A stretch of DNA of 64,000 nucleotides, taken from contig OZ219871.1 in the NCBI GenBank assembly GCA_964291495.2, forward strand, positions 160,001 to 224,000. Reading direction: 5' to 3'. Numbering within the stretch: position 1 is the stretch's first letter; each line of letters begins with the position of its first letter. This stretch comes from Dehalococcoidia bacterium (lineage in GTDB: Bacteria > Chloroflexota > Dehalococcoidia > UBA2979). Under the pieces are notes generated by a model. That model was not told the origin of the DNA and did not search any database. It saw only the letters and a list, made by a program, of their open reading frames with translations. The position numbers were made by a program, and so were the translations under genes. Of this stretch, positions 9,554 to 18,363 are shown one piece after another.

Positions 9554-11039
9554 GAGTCGCCTCCTCGTCTGCCTCGGGCGCGCCGCCCGCGATCGGAGCG
9601 CCGGAGCTGCTGGACAGGGCCGCAGCGCCGAAGTGCGGTCCGAACGGGTCCCTGCCGCCGGTGAACTCGGGGTAGGCCTCCATCGCGTGCTCGGCGACGT
9701 CCAGGCCGCTCTCCTCCTCGGCCTCGGAAACGCGCAGGCCGACGGTGTACTTGATGGCCGTGAACAGGATCACCGAGGTCACCACGGTCCAGACGCCCAC
9801 GGCGAGGACGCCGAGTGCCTGGATCAGGAGCTGCTCGATGCCTCCACCGACCAGCAGCCCGTAGCTGCTCGAATCACCATAGTTCGGCGCGAGATTCGCC
9901 TGCGTGGTGAAGAGACCGACCGCCAGCGTGCCCCAGATGCCGTTGAAGAGGTGCACCGGCACCGCTCCCACCGGGTCGTCGATCTTCAGGTTGTCGAGCA
10001 GCTCGACGCCGAAGACGATCACCGCGCCGGCGACGATGCCGATCACGACCGCAGCCCACGGCTCGACCGTGGCGCAGCCGGCCGTGATGCCGACCAGACC
10101 GCCCAGCACGCCGTTGAGCGTCAGCGAGAGGTCCGACTTGCCGGTGCGGAGCCTCGAGATGACCATCGCCGTCACGGCCCCGGCCCCGGCGGCCAGCGTC
10201 GTCGTCACGGCGACCCGCGCGGCGAGGTCGGCGAAGCCGCCGCTCAGCCCGAGGGTGGAACCGGCATTGAAGCCGTACCAGCCGATCCAGAGGATCATCA
10301 CGCCGAGGAAGCCGAGCGGCATCGAGTGACCGGGCAGCGGATTGACGCTGCCGTCGGCGTTGTACTTGCCGCGGCGCGCTCCGACCATGATCGCGCCCAC
10401 CAGCGCCGCCCAGCCGCCGACCGAGTGGACGACGGTTGAGCCGGCGAAGTCGATCATCCCGTTGTCGCCGAACTGGATGTCCGAGGCGTACGCGCTCAGG
10501 AAGCCGTCACCCCACGCCCAGTGCGTGACCACGGGGTAGATCACGGCCGTGATCACCACCGTGTAGACCAGGTACGCCGCGAACTTGGTGCGCTCGGCGA
10601 CGGCGCCCGACACGATCGTCGCGGCCGTGGCCGCGAAGGCGAACTGGAAGAAGAATCCGGCGTAGTCGGCATCTTCTCCACCGTAGAAGAAGCTGCCGCC
10701 GCCAAAGAACTTGATGTCGATGAACTCGGTGGTGCCGTACGCGAGGCCCCAGCCGACCGCCCAGTAGGCGATCGCGCCGAACGAGAGGTCGAGCGCGTTC
10801 TTCATCAGGATGTTGGTGACGTTCTTCGAGCGGATGAACCCCGACTCGACCAGGCCGAAGCCGGCCTGCATGAACAGCACCAGGATGCCGGCGATCAGCA
10901 GCCACGCGATGTCAATCGCGGACGTCAGATCGTCGATCGCGTCCCCTACCTCCTGGGCATTCGCGAACCCGGTTCCGGCGGCAAACGCCGCTATTGCTCC
11001 GACCGCCGCGGCGACGACCGTTCGATGGCGCATCCTCAT
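9540..11039 (-). CDS. amtB: ammonium transporter
   Basis: FMQAGF..VESG, FFQFAFA, SGAVAER, DFAGSTVVH, WIGWYGFNAGS, DDPVGAVPVH. Confidence 0.97.
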   Translation of the reverse strand: MRMRHRTVVAAAVGAIAAFAAGTGFANAQEVGDAIDDLTSAIDIAWLLIAGILVLFMQAGFGLVESGFIRSKNVTNILMKNALDLSFGAIAYWAVGWGLAYGTTEFIDIKFFGGGSFFYGGEDADYAGFFFQFAFAATAATIVSGAVAERTKFAAYLVYTVVITAVIYPVVTHWAWGDGFLSAYASDIQFGDNGMIDFAGSTVVHSVGGWAALVGAIMVGARRGKYNADGSVNPLPGHSMPLGFLGVMILWIGWYGFNAGSTLGLSGGFADLAARVAVTTTLAAGAGAVTAMVISRLRTGKSDLSLTLNGVLGGLVGITAGCATVEPWAAVVIGIVAGAVIVFGVELLDNLKIDDPVGAVPVHLFNGIWGTLAVGLFTTQANLAPNYGDSSSYGLLVGGGIEQLLIQALGVLAVGVWTVVTSVILFTAIKYTVGLRVSEAEEESGLDVAEHAMEAYPEFTGGRDPFGPHFGAAALSSSSGAPIAGGAPEADEEATHAES

Positions 11040-11089
11040 AGACGCCCCCCTTCCCTCCGAGGAAGGTAGGAGGGCGCCGTTTCGTGGCA

Positions 11090-11149
11090 GTGTCACCACT
11101 GTGAAATGTGGATAACGGGATGGTTTCTCGCGGGTTACGGACCGGTTAC
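11090..11149 (-). promoter_or_regulatory. GlnR-box-like tandem array upstream of amtB
   Basis: Minus strand reads GTAAC-n6-GTAAC-n6-GAAAC-n6-GTTAT-n6-TTCAC-n6-GACAC with an exact 11-bp period. Confidence 0.7.
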
Positions 11150-11184
11150 GCGCCGGAGCCGGCCTCGCCCCGCGTCGGACCTCG

Positions 11185-12399
11185 CTACGCCGGGTGCGCC
11201 GCCTCGAGCATGTGGCCGTGGCGGCCGAGGTACTCGCGCACCGCAAGCAGCGCCGCGATGCCGTCGCCGGTCGCCGATCCGAGCTGCTTGGTCGAGCCGG
11301 CCCGCACGTCGCCGGCGACGTAGACGCCCTCGAGCGAGGTCGCGAAGCCCTCGCTGGCGACGAAGCCCCACTCGTCCAGTTCCACCGCCCCTCGCAGGAA
11401 CTCCGTGTTCGGCGTCAGCCCGATGAAGACGAAGACCCCTGCCGGGCTCCATGAGAGGTCCTCGCCGCTCTCGCTGTCGTGCGCGCGGACCTCCTGCAGG
11501 CGACCGCCCCGCCCGAGGAGCTCGACCACCTCGGTGCTCGTGTGGACCTCGATCGCCGGATGGCCGCGCACCTTGTCCCGCAGCAGCTGCGAGCCCTTGA
11601 GCTCCGGGTTGCGCTCCAGGATGCGCACGCGCTCGGCGAAGTTCGTGAGGAACAGCCCTTCCTCGAGGCCGGAGTTGCCGCCGCCGATCACCAGCAGTTC
11701 CTCCGAGCCGCGGTAGAACGGCCCGTCGCAGGTCGCGCAGAAGTGCACGCCCGCGCCGATCAGCCCGTCCTCGCCGGGAACCTCCAGGCGCCGGTAGGAG
11801 GAGCCCGTGGCGATCAAGGCCGCGTGGGCGCTGATCTCCTGCCCGGAGCTGAGCGTCAGCGAGACGTCGCCCTCCTGTTCGTCGGCGCGCAGTGCGGTGA
11901 CGGACACCGCCTCCAGCATCTCGACGCCGTAGCGCCGGGCCTGCCGCACGAAGCGGTCGGCCAGCTCGCCGCCCTCGATGCCGTCAGGGAAGCCCGGGTA
12001 GTTGTCGACGCGCTCGGTCACGCCGGCCTGCCCGCCGAGCGAGCCGCCGTCGACGATGATCGCGTCGATGCCCTCGCGCGCCGCGTAGATGCCGGCCGCG
12101 AGTCCGGCCGGACCGCCCCCGATGATCGCGAGGTCGTAGAAGGCGCGCTCGGCCTCGATGTTGAGGCCGAGCTTGCGCGCCAGCTCCTCGTTCGAGGGCT
12201 CCAGCAGGGAGCTGCCGTCCGGGAAGATGATCGTCGGGATCGTGCGGCCGCCGTTCTGCAGCTCCTCGACGAAGCGCAAGCCCTCGGCGTCCGTGTCGAT
12301 GTCGATCCAGTCGTACTCGACGCGGTGCTCGCCGAGGAACTTCTTGGAGCGCCGGCAATCCGGGCACCACGGGGCTCCGTAGACCTGTATCTCCGCCAT
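11185..12399 (-). CDS. trxB: thioredoxin reductase with fused N-terminal glutaredoxin/NrdH-like domain
   Basis: N-terminal WCPDC and TIP motifs; then GGGPAG, NYPGF, CATCDG, GGGNSG, AGDV. Confidence 0.9.
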   Translation of the reverse strand: MAEIQVYGAPWCPDCRRSKKFLGEHRVEYDWIDIDTDAEGLRFVEELQNGGRTIPTIIFPDGSSLLEPSNEELARKLGLNIEAERAFYDLAIIGGGPAGLAAGIYAAREGIDAIIVDGGSLGGQAGVTERVDNYPGFPDGIEGGELADRFVRQARRYGVEMLEAVSVTALRADEQEGDVSLTLSSGQEISAHAALIATGSSYRRLEVPGEDGLIGAGVHFCATCDGPFYRGSEELLVIGGGNSGLEEGLFLTNFAERVRILERNPELKGSQLLRDKVRGHPAIEVHTSTEVVELLGRGGRLQEVRAHDSESGEDLSWSPAGVFVFIGLTPNTEFLRGAVELDEWGFVASEGFATSLEGVYVAGDVRAGSTKQLGSATGDGIAALLAVREYLGRHGHMLEAAHPA

Positions 12400-12522
12400 G
12401 GCGCTCTCCTTTCGGACATCGTCCGCACCGGCCGCGAAGGCCTCGATAGAATGATCCCAGAAGCGCGGCGCTCGCGCCCCCGCATCGGGGAGCCTGTCGC
12501 AGCAGCGCGTGCGGGAGGTCGC

Positions 12523-13122
12523 ATGGCGCAGCCCCAGCGCAGCGAGGGAACAGCGCGGCTCCTCGCGCTCTGCGGCGCGCTGCTGGCGCTGCTGCTCCTC
12601 GCCTGCACCACCCCGACCGAGGAGCCGGCCGAGGCGACCGCGACGCCGTCGGACGCCGGCTCCGGCGTCACGACCGCCACGCCGCCACGGACCGCCTCCC
12701 CAACCCCCGACGAGCTGACCGCCGAGGAGGCGGTGGCGGCGTGGGGCCGCCAGGTCTGCGCCGCAGCCAGCGCCTTCACCGTCGACTTCCTTCGCAGCGG
12801 CGACTCGCAGGATCCGAGCGAGCTGGGTCTGGAGGCGCGCAAGGAGCGCGCTGCGGCGATGTTCCCCGTGCAGTACGACGCCGTGCGCAGGGCCGCGAAC
12901 ATCCTCGAGGCAATCGATCCGCCGCAGCGCACATCCGAGCTGCACCGCCTGCTGCTGACGACCTACCGCGATCTTGAGGCGGCGCTGCGGGAGCAGGAAG
13001 AGATCATCGCCGAGGCGACCACCGGCGAGGAGATCGCCGACAGCAACCTTCCGGTAGACGAGCTGATCAGCCTCGCCTTCCGCCAGGCCTCGCTGCTCGC
13101 CGACGGCGGCTACTGCGAGTAG
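12523..13122 (+). CDS. hypothetical lipoprotein
   Basis: GGAGG RBS, signal peptide with LLAC lipobox, Pro/Thr linker, helical domain. Confidence 0.7.
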   Translation: MAQPQRSEGTARLLALCGALLALLLLACTTPTEEPAEATATPSDAGSGVTTATPPRTASPTPDELTAEEAVAAWGRQVCAAASAFTVDFLRSGDSQDPSELGLEARKERAAAMFPVQYDAVRRAANILEAIDPPQRTSELHRLLLTTYRDLEAALREQEEIIAEATTGEEIADSNLPVDELISLAFRQASLLADGGYCE

Positions 13123-13158
13123 CGCGCGCCTGACCGCCAGCACCCGGCCCGCAACGCA

Positions 13159-13210
13159 TTGCATCGGCAGGGCGACGCGTGTACCATACTTTGCATTACA
13201 AACTAGTTTG
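13159..13210 (+). promoter_or_regulatory. sigma70-type promoter with adjacent palindromic operator
   Basis: TTGCAT(13159)-17 bp-TACCAT(13182); then ACTTTG-n5-CAAACT and the perfect palindrome CAAACTAGTTTG (13199-13210). Confidence 0.6.
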
Positions 13211-13239
13211 CACAGCAGTAGCGAGGTGGGGGCACCAAC

Positions 13240-13872
13240 ATGGAGCGAACGGGCGACGAGGCACGACTCAGCCCCGAGGACGGCTGGCGCGCGATCCAGA
13301 AGACGGTGGACGAGACGCACAGTGCGATGTACGTCGCCGGCACGGCGACGATCCTGCTGCTCTGGGGCGTGATCGTCTCGCTCGGCTACCTCGCGGAGTA
13401 CGCGCTCGACACCGCAGCCACCGACTTCCGCGACGACAACCCCTGGATCAGCGCGCCGCTCTGGTTCGGCCTCGTGGGGGCGGGGATGGCGGGAAGCGCG
13501 ATCGTCGGGAGCCGTGCGGGAAGGGTGCACGCCGCCGGTGATGCGATGCGCAGCGCCGGCATCCGCGTCTTCCTCTTCTGGCTCGCGGTGGCGCTTGCCG
13601 CGTTCCTCGTCCCGGCGGCAGCAGGCCTGTGGACCGCCGACGAAGACCCGGCGAACATCGTGCGCGCCGCGATCGGCATCGTGGCGCTCGGTCACGTGCT
13701 GTTCGGCATCATGCACCGCCCGCTGATCGCGGCGGTGGGCGTGGGCATCGCCACCGCGTTCTACGTCCCGAGCTACCTCGCGGGCGACGCCGCGCTGGCG
13801 GTGGCGGCAGCGTCCACGCTCCTCGTCGTCGCGGGCGCCTACGCGTGGATCCGCCGCAGCGGGGTGCTGTGA
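13240..13872 (+). CDS. hypothetical membrane protein (about 7 TM)
   Basis: Multiple hydrophobic segments; GTGA-coupled to the downstream wHTH regulator. Confidence 0.75.
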   Translation: MERTGDEARLSPEDGWRAIQKTVDETHSAMYVAGTATILLLWGVIVSLGYLAEYALDTAATDFRDDNPWISAPLWFGLVGAGMAGSAIVGSRAGRVHAAGDAMRSAGIRVFLFWLAVALAAFLVPAAAGLWTADEDPANIVRAAIGIVALGHVLFGIMHRPLIAAVGVGIATAFYVPSYLAGDAALAVAAASTLLVVAGAYAWIRRSGVL

Positions 13873-14192
13873 CCAACGAGGCGGTCGAGGACGCGATCGT
13901 CCTCGACGAGACGATCCATCAGTCGACGCGACTGCGGATCATGACCATGCTGGTCTCCGTGCCCGAAGCGGATCGCCTCGTCTACGGGTTCATCCAGCAG
14001 ACGCTCGCCCTCACGGGCGGCAACCTCACCACCCACCTGCGACGACTCGAGGAGGCGGGGTACCTGGAGACCTCGAAGGAGTTCGTCGACGCGAAGCCGC
14101 GCACTTGGGTGCACGCCACGCCCGAGGGCCGCCGCGCGTTCGCCGACTACCTCGCCAACCTGCAGCGCGCCCTCAACTGGCAGCCCGCCTGA
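13869..14192 (+). CDS. winged-helix transcriptional regulator (HTH_34 / MarR-ArsR-like)
   Basis: LDETIHQSTRLRIM...LTGGNLTTHLRRLEEAGY...K.F...KPRTW...T.EGR.AF..Y. Confidence 0.88.
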   Translation: MTNEAVEDAIVLDETIHQSTRLRIMTMLVSVPEADRLVYGFIQQTLALTGGNLTTHLRRLEEAGYLETSKEFVDAKPRTWVHATPEGRRAFADYLANLQRALNWQPA

Positions 14193-14202
14193 GCGCCCAC
14201 TC

Positions 14203-15078
14203 CTACCCGAGCAGGTCGGCGGGGTTCTCCCGCACCATCCGCCCCACGTCCGAGGCGGGGTAGCCGGCGTCGAGGAAGTGCTCGATCCAGCGGCCGAAGC
14301 CGACGGGCGGCTCGGGGTTCCGGGCTTGGCCGAAGTCGGTCGAGAGGATGACGCGCTCCGGGCCGACGGCGCGGACCTGCGACTCGATCAGCTCCCACTG
14401 CACCTGGCCGTCCTCGTGGCTCGTCGCCGTCGCCACCTGCTCCACGTAGGCCCCGAGGCCTGCCAGCTCCTGTTGCACCTCGAGCTCGATGTAGAAGGAG
14501 CCATGCGTCACGACCGTGCGGATCCCGCGGCGGCGTGACTCGCGCCCGAGGACGGCGGTCTCGGGCGACGAGAGGTGGCCGGTCGCGAGCACCGCGTCGT
14601 ACTCGCCGATCAGGTCGAGGATCGCCATCACCTCGTGACGGAGGTCGCCCATCTCGTCGAGGATGGTGATGCCGGGGCCGGGGCTGTGGCGGCCGCCGGG
14701 GCGCTCGTCGCGCCAGGCCTGCGCGTCGAAGGTGGGCATCCACACCACCGTCGTGCCGATGCGCATCGCAACGCTGACGGCCTCCATGTTGAGCCCGCCG
14801 ACGCAGTGGTCGAGCGCGATGCCGCCGTAGACGCGGATGCTCTCGTTCTGCCGGTCGAGCAGCCAGGCGAGCGGCTGGGTGTTGTACTCGTGGCTCTTGA
14901 GCACGATGCCGCCCATGCCCGCCTCGACGGCGCGTTCGACGAGCGCGGCGGCGTCCATCCGCCGGTCCGCGTACGGATCGGGCGAGGCATGCACGTGCAC
15001 GTCGATCGCGCCTCGCAGCAGCTCGCGCGCGTCGTCGCGTACATCGGCGAGCGTGGCGTCGGGGTTGAACATCGCCAT
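14203..15078 (-). CDS. DUF6282-family amidohydrolase-fold protein
   Basis: GAIDVHVHASPD, VLKSH, VWMPT, LATGHLS, VTH, LSTDFGQ. Confidence 0.8.
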   Translation of the reverse strand: MAMFNPDATLADVRDDARELLRGAIDVHVHASPDPYADRRMDAAALVERAVEAGMGGIVLKSHEYNTQPLAWLLDRQNESIRVYGGIALDHCVGGLNMEAVSVAMRIGTTVVWMPTFDAQAWRDERPGGRHSPGPGITILDEMGDLRHEVMAILDLIGEYDAVLATGHLSSPETAVLGRESRRRGIRTVVTHGSFYIELEVQQELAGLGAYVEQVATATSHEDGQVQWELIESQVRAVGPERVILSTDFGQARNPEPPVGFGRWIEHFLDAGYPASDVGRMVRENPADLLG

Positions 15079-15110
15079 GCGGCCGCTCCTTCCCTCCGTG
15101 GAGAGTCCGG

Positions 15111-15596
15111 CTAGTCCGCGAGCAGCTTGGTGTGGTCCCAGGAGGAGACCTTGCCCGGCCGGATGCGCACGGCGATGCGCTTCGGCACGGCGCGGCGGCG
15201 GTCGGGGCTCGCCTGCGCGCCCGCGCGTGCGGTGTCGCCGCCCGGTCCCTCGTTGTAGTACTTCGCTCCGATCAGCCGCATCACGCTGCGCGTCACCTCG
15301 ACATCGTCGAGGAGCTCCGCCTCGCCCTCGATCATCACGCCGCGCAGCTCGTCGTAGACGGTGCCGTCCTCGATCAGCATCGTGACGCGCGGGTCGCGCT
15401 CGAGGTTGCGGACCTTCTGCGAGGAGCGGTAGGTCGTGAAGACGACGCAGCCCTCTTCGTCGACGCAGAACCACATCGGCACCAGGTGCGGGCGGCCGTC
15501 CGGGCCGACGCTCGCGACCTGCAGCGTGTGGGCCGTCTCGAGGAACTCGTGCAGCTCCCCATCGCTCATGCGGATGCGATCGCGCAGGTTCGGCAC
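15111..15596 (-). CDS. PPOX-class (pyridoxamine 5'-phosphate oxidase-like) probable F420-dependent oxidoreductase
   Basis: R..IRMS..E...FL, GRPHLVPMWF, SQKVRNLERDPR, G..YDELRGV, SWDHTKL. Confidence 0.88.
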   Translation of the reverse strand: MPNLRDRIRMSDGELHEFLETAHTLQVASVGPDGRPHLVPMWFCVDEEGCVVFTTYRSSQKVRNLERDPRVTMLIEDGTVYDELRGVMIEGEAELLDDVEVTRSVMRLIGAKYYNEGPGGDTARAGAQASPDRRRAVPKRIAVRIRPGKVSSWDHTKLLAD

Positions 15597-15721
15597 CGGC
15601 GCCTCCCTTCGACGTGCGGGAGCCGCATCATAGCGCCTCGCCCGGGCCGGGCTCCGCCATGCGAACTCCGGCGCGCCGCTCCTGCGGTAGGCTTGTGACG
15701 CGAGGTCGGAGGAGGCCGCGC

Positions 15722-16375
15722 ATGGAGTTGCGCCTGTTCCCGCTGCACACAGTGCTCTTCCCGGGCATGCCGCTCCCGCTCAACGTCTTCGAGCCGCGCT
15801 ACCTGCAACTGGTGCAGGAGTGCCTGGAGCAGGAGGAGCCGTTCGGGGTCGCGCTGATCCGCGAAGGCCCCGAGGTCGGCGGCTTCGCGGACCCGTTCAT
15901 GGTCGGTGCGACGGCACGCATCGAGCAGGTCGCACAGGGCGTGCTGAACGCGATCCAGTTGCTCGCCCGCGGCGAGCGCCGCGTGCGCATCCTGGAGCTG
16001 CACCACGACCGCCCCTACCTCTGGGCCGATGTCGAGGAGATCGAGGACCAACCGGGCGAGGCGCCGCAGGAGCTGCTGGAGCGCGGGCAGGAGCTGCTCG
16101 ACGAGTTCGAGCGGCTGCGCTTCAGCTCGCAGGGCGGCTACGTGCGTCCGCGCTCCTCGGAGCCCGTCTCGAAGCCGCCCGGCGTGCTCGCCGACGCGAT
16201 CGGAGCGACCGGGGCGGGCAGCCCCGCGGAGCGGCAGGAGTTGCTGGAGTTGCTCGACCCCGGCGTCCGGCTGGAGCGCGCGGTGGCGATGTTCGCGCCG
16301 CTGATCGAGCAGATGAGCCAGCGCTCGGAGGACAGCGTGCTGCGCCGCTGGAGCGAACCGGGCGCGCTCAACTAA
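15722..16375 (+). CDS. LON peptidase N-terminal (substrate-binding) domain protein
   Basis: LFPL.TVLFPG.PLPL.VFEPRY, FGVALI.EG.EVG, RQELLE. Confidence 0.88.
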   Translation: MELRLFPLHTVLFPGMPLPLNVFEPRYLQLVQECLEQEEPFGVALIREGPEVGGFADPFMVGATARIEQVAQGVLNAIQLLARGERRVRILELHHDRPYLWADVEEIEDQPGEAPQELLERGQELLDEFERLRFSSQGGYVRPRSSEPVSKPPGVLADAIGATGAGSPAERQELLELLDPGVRLERAVAMFAPLIEQMSQRSEDSVLRRWSEPGALN

Positions 16376-16431
16376 CCCCGCAAGCCACATCCACCTCGCA
16401 GGGCTCGCGCGCCGTGGGCGGGCTGCGCCCG

Positions 16432-16640
16432 CCTCCCCCTCACCCCCACCCTCTCCCGCCAGGGGAGAGGGAGCCGGAGGCGGAGGCGTCGAGGGCGAGT
16501 CCGGTCCCCTCTCCCCGAGGGAGAGGGTCAGGGTGAGGGAGGGTCCGACCTCTGGAGTTTCGTTGCGCCATCGGGGCTTTCGGAGGTGAGCGGGAGTCCT
16601 CCCCTCACCCCCGCCCTCTCCCCAGGGAGAGGGTGCCGGA
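16432..16640. repeat. cluster of three REP-like palindromic units (CCCTCACCCC..CCCTCTCCC-n-GGGAGAGGG..CCGGA) in alternating orientation
   Basis: 16500-16639 closely resembles 8532-8702; lies between convergent genes. Confidence 0.8.
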
Positions 16641-16658
16641 GGCAGGCTTCGAGGGCGA

Positions 16659-17780
16659 TCAGCCGCGGAGATCCTCGACGCTGCCGACGGGGCGGCCGAA
16701 GCGATCGGCGATCACTGTCGTGACCGGCTGCGTCCGCTGCCCGAAGGTCGGCAGCCACGAGGAGTGCTTGCCGGGCCCACCGGCGACGAACAAGTGCAGC
16801 CGCTCCGGCTCGTTGACGATCGGCAGCAGTGCGTCCGGCGGGAACGGCTCAATCCCCGTCTCCGGCTCGATGCGCACGTTGACGGACTCGAGGAACTCGG
16901 GCGAGAGCTTCGCCGCGGGGTAACGGGCGTGCTCGAAGACGTACTGCTGGACGCCCTCGCGGGTCCAGCCCTCGTCGGCGATCGTCGCGGCGTGCTCGGG
17001 GCCGAGCGCTAGCAGCGGCTCGCCGCGGCTGAGGATATTGTTGCTTCCCGCCTGCCCGAGGGCGCCGGCGACGGTCTGGAGGACGCCGAGCGCGGTGTTG
17101 CTGCCGTGCTCCTGGATGTTGTGCGGGCCCTCGCTGGCCGCGACGGTGACCGCGCTGTCTTCCGGCTCGAAGCCGCGCGTGGTGTGGAACGGCGGCCAGG
17201 GGCTGGCCTCCTCGTTCTCGGCGAGGCAGAGCGCGAACTTTGCCGGCGTGCCCTGCGTGGCGCGGTCGCCGTGGCCGGGCGAGGCGCCGGCGATGTTGAG
17301 CAGCAGCAGCCGGATCGCGCGCCCGATCGTCGCGTTCGCGCGGAAGCCCGGGCCGTAGCAGCCCGGCCCGCCGTGCACCCCCAGCTCACGGCCGATCGGC
17401 CCGTTCACGAGCACCAGCACCGCGCAGGGGTGCGTGGTCGCGTTGATGCCGCTGAGGTTGAACTGCGGCTGCGCGATGCCCTGCACCGCCGCGAGCAGCA
17501 CGGGCAGCGCGCGCGGCTCGCAGCCCGCGAGGACGGCGTTGATCGCGACCGCCTCGACGGTCGCCACGCCACGCCGCGGCGGCAGCACGCCCAGCACTTC
17601 GCGCCGGTCGCGGTCGGTGTAGGCGAGCATCGCCTCGACGCGCTCCTCGGTGGGCGGGATGACGGGCAGGCCGTCCGACCAGCCGCGTTCGGCGAACGCG
17701 TCGTGCAGCTCGCCGGGATCGGCGGGCAGATCGACCAGCGCCGCGGCGTCGCCGAAGCGGGCGGAGCCGCCCGACGTCAT
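16659..17780 (-). CDS. conserved uncharacterised partner of UGSC-family proteins
   Basis: GWSDGLPVIPPTEERVEAML, ATVE.VAINAV.AGC, NGPI, RANATIGRAIRL, G.P.KF..C.AENEE.SPW; ATGA-coupled to the upstream gene. Confidence 0.75.
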   Translation of the reverse strand: MTSGGSARFGDAAALVDLPADPGELHDAFAERGWSDGLPVIPPTEERVEAMLAYTDRDRREVLGVLPPRRGVATVEAVAINAVLAGCEPRALPVLLAAVQGIAQPQFNLSGINATTHPCAVLVLVNGPIGRELGVHGGPGCYGPGFRANATIGRAIRLLLLNIAGASPGHGDRATQGTPAKFALCLAENEEASPWPPFHTTRGFEPEDSAVTVAASEGPHNIQEHGSNTALGVLQTVAGALGQAGSNNILSRGEPLLALGPEHAATIADEGWTREGVQQYVFEHARYPAAKLSPEFLESVNVRIEPETGIEPFPPDALLPIVNEPERLHLFVAGGPGKHSSWLPTFGQRTQPVTTVIADRFGRPVGSVEDLRG

Positions 17781-18334
17781 CGGTCGCCGCCGGCGATCGG
17801 CACGGGCTCGGCCGCGAGCGACGCCAGCAGGTCCGGGATGGAGTCGCGGGCCTTCTCGGCGACGGCGTCTTCCCGGATGCCGCCGATCGGGTGCGGGACC
17901 ACGATGTAGCGCAGGTCCGGCATGCCGCGCTGCTCGGCCTCGAGCTTGAACAGGCTGACGAATGCCTCGGTGGTGATGTTGACGGTGGGGATGCCCTGCC
18001 GCTCGAAGAGGATGGAGGCGTGGACACTCCACGCCGTGCAGGAGCCTCAGTCGCTCGATCCGACCAGGGCGAAGTCGGCTCCCTCCACGAGCTTGCGCTC
18101 GTTGCTCTTCGTCGGCGGGCCGGCGCTCGGCTTGCCGATCGTCGTCAGCTCGCCGAGCTCGAAGTGCTCGCGCAAGCCCTCGATCATCTGCCGCATCAGC
18201 AGCCCGGCGTTGGCCTTGCGGTTCTCGACGATGCCGGGCCGCATGCCGTCGAGCGAGGCGGGCAGCGGCGCGAGCGGGTACTGCTCGACGGGCGCGTGGC
18301 CGGTGGGGTCGTAGACCCGGATGGTGTCGCTCAT
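17777..18334 (-). CDS. UGSC-family selenoprotein (Sec at UGA 18047-18049; about 185 aa with readthrough)
   Basis: ...ALVGSSD-UGA-GSCTAWSVHASILFERQGIPTV...TEAF...VVPHPIGG...; the frame stays open to a stop overlapping the next ATG; SECIS-like hairpin downstream. Confidence 0.92.
18017..18035 (-). promoter_or_regulatory. bacterial SECIS-like hairpin of the UGSC gene
   Basis: mRNA UGA-11 nt-GGCGUGGA-GUG-UCCACGCC, a perfect 8-bp stem with G first in the loop. Confidence 0.8.
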
Positions 18335-18363
18335 GGCGGTCCTCCGTAGGCGCGCGTTCGGGA

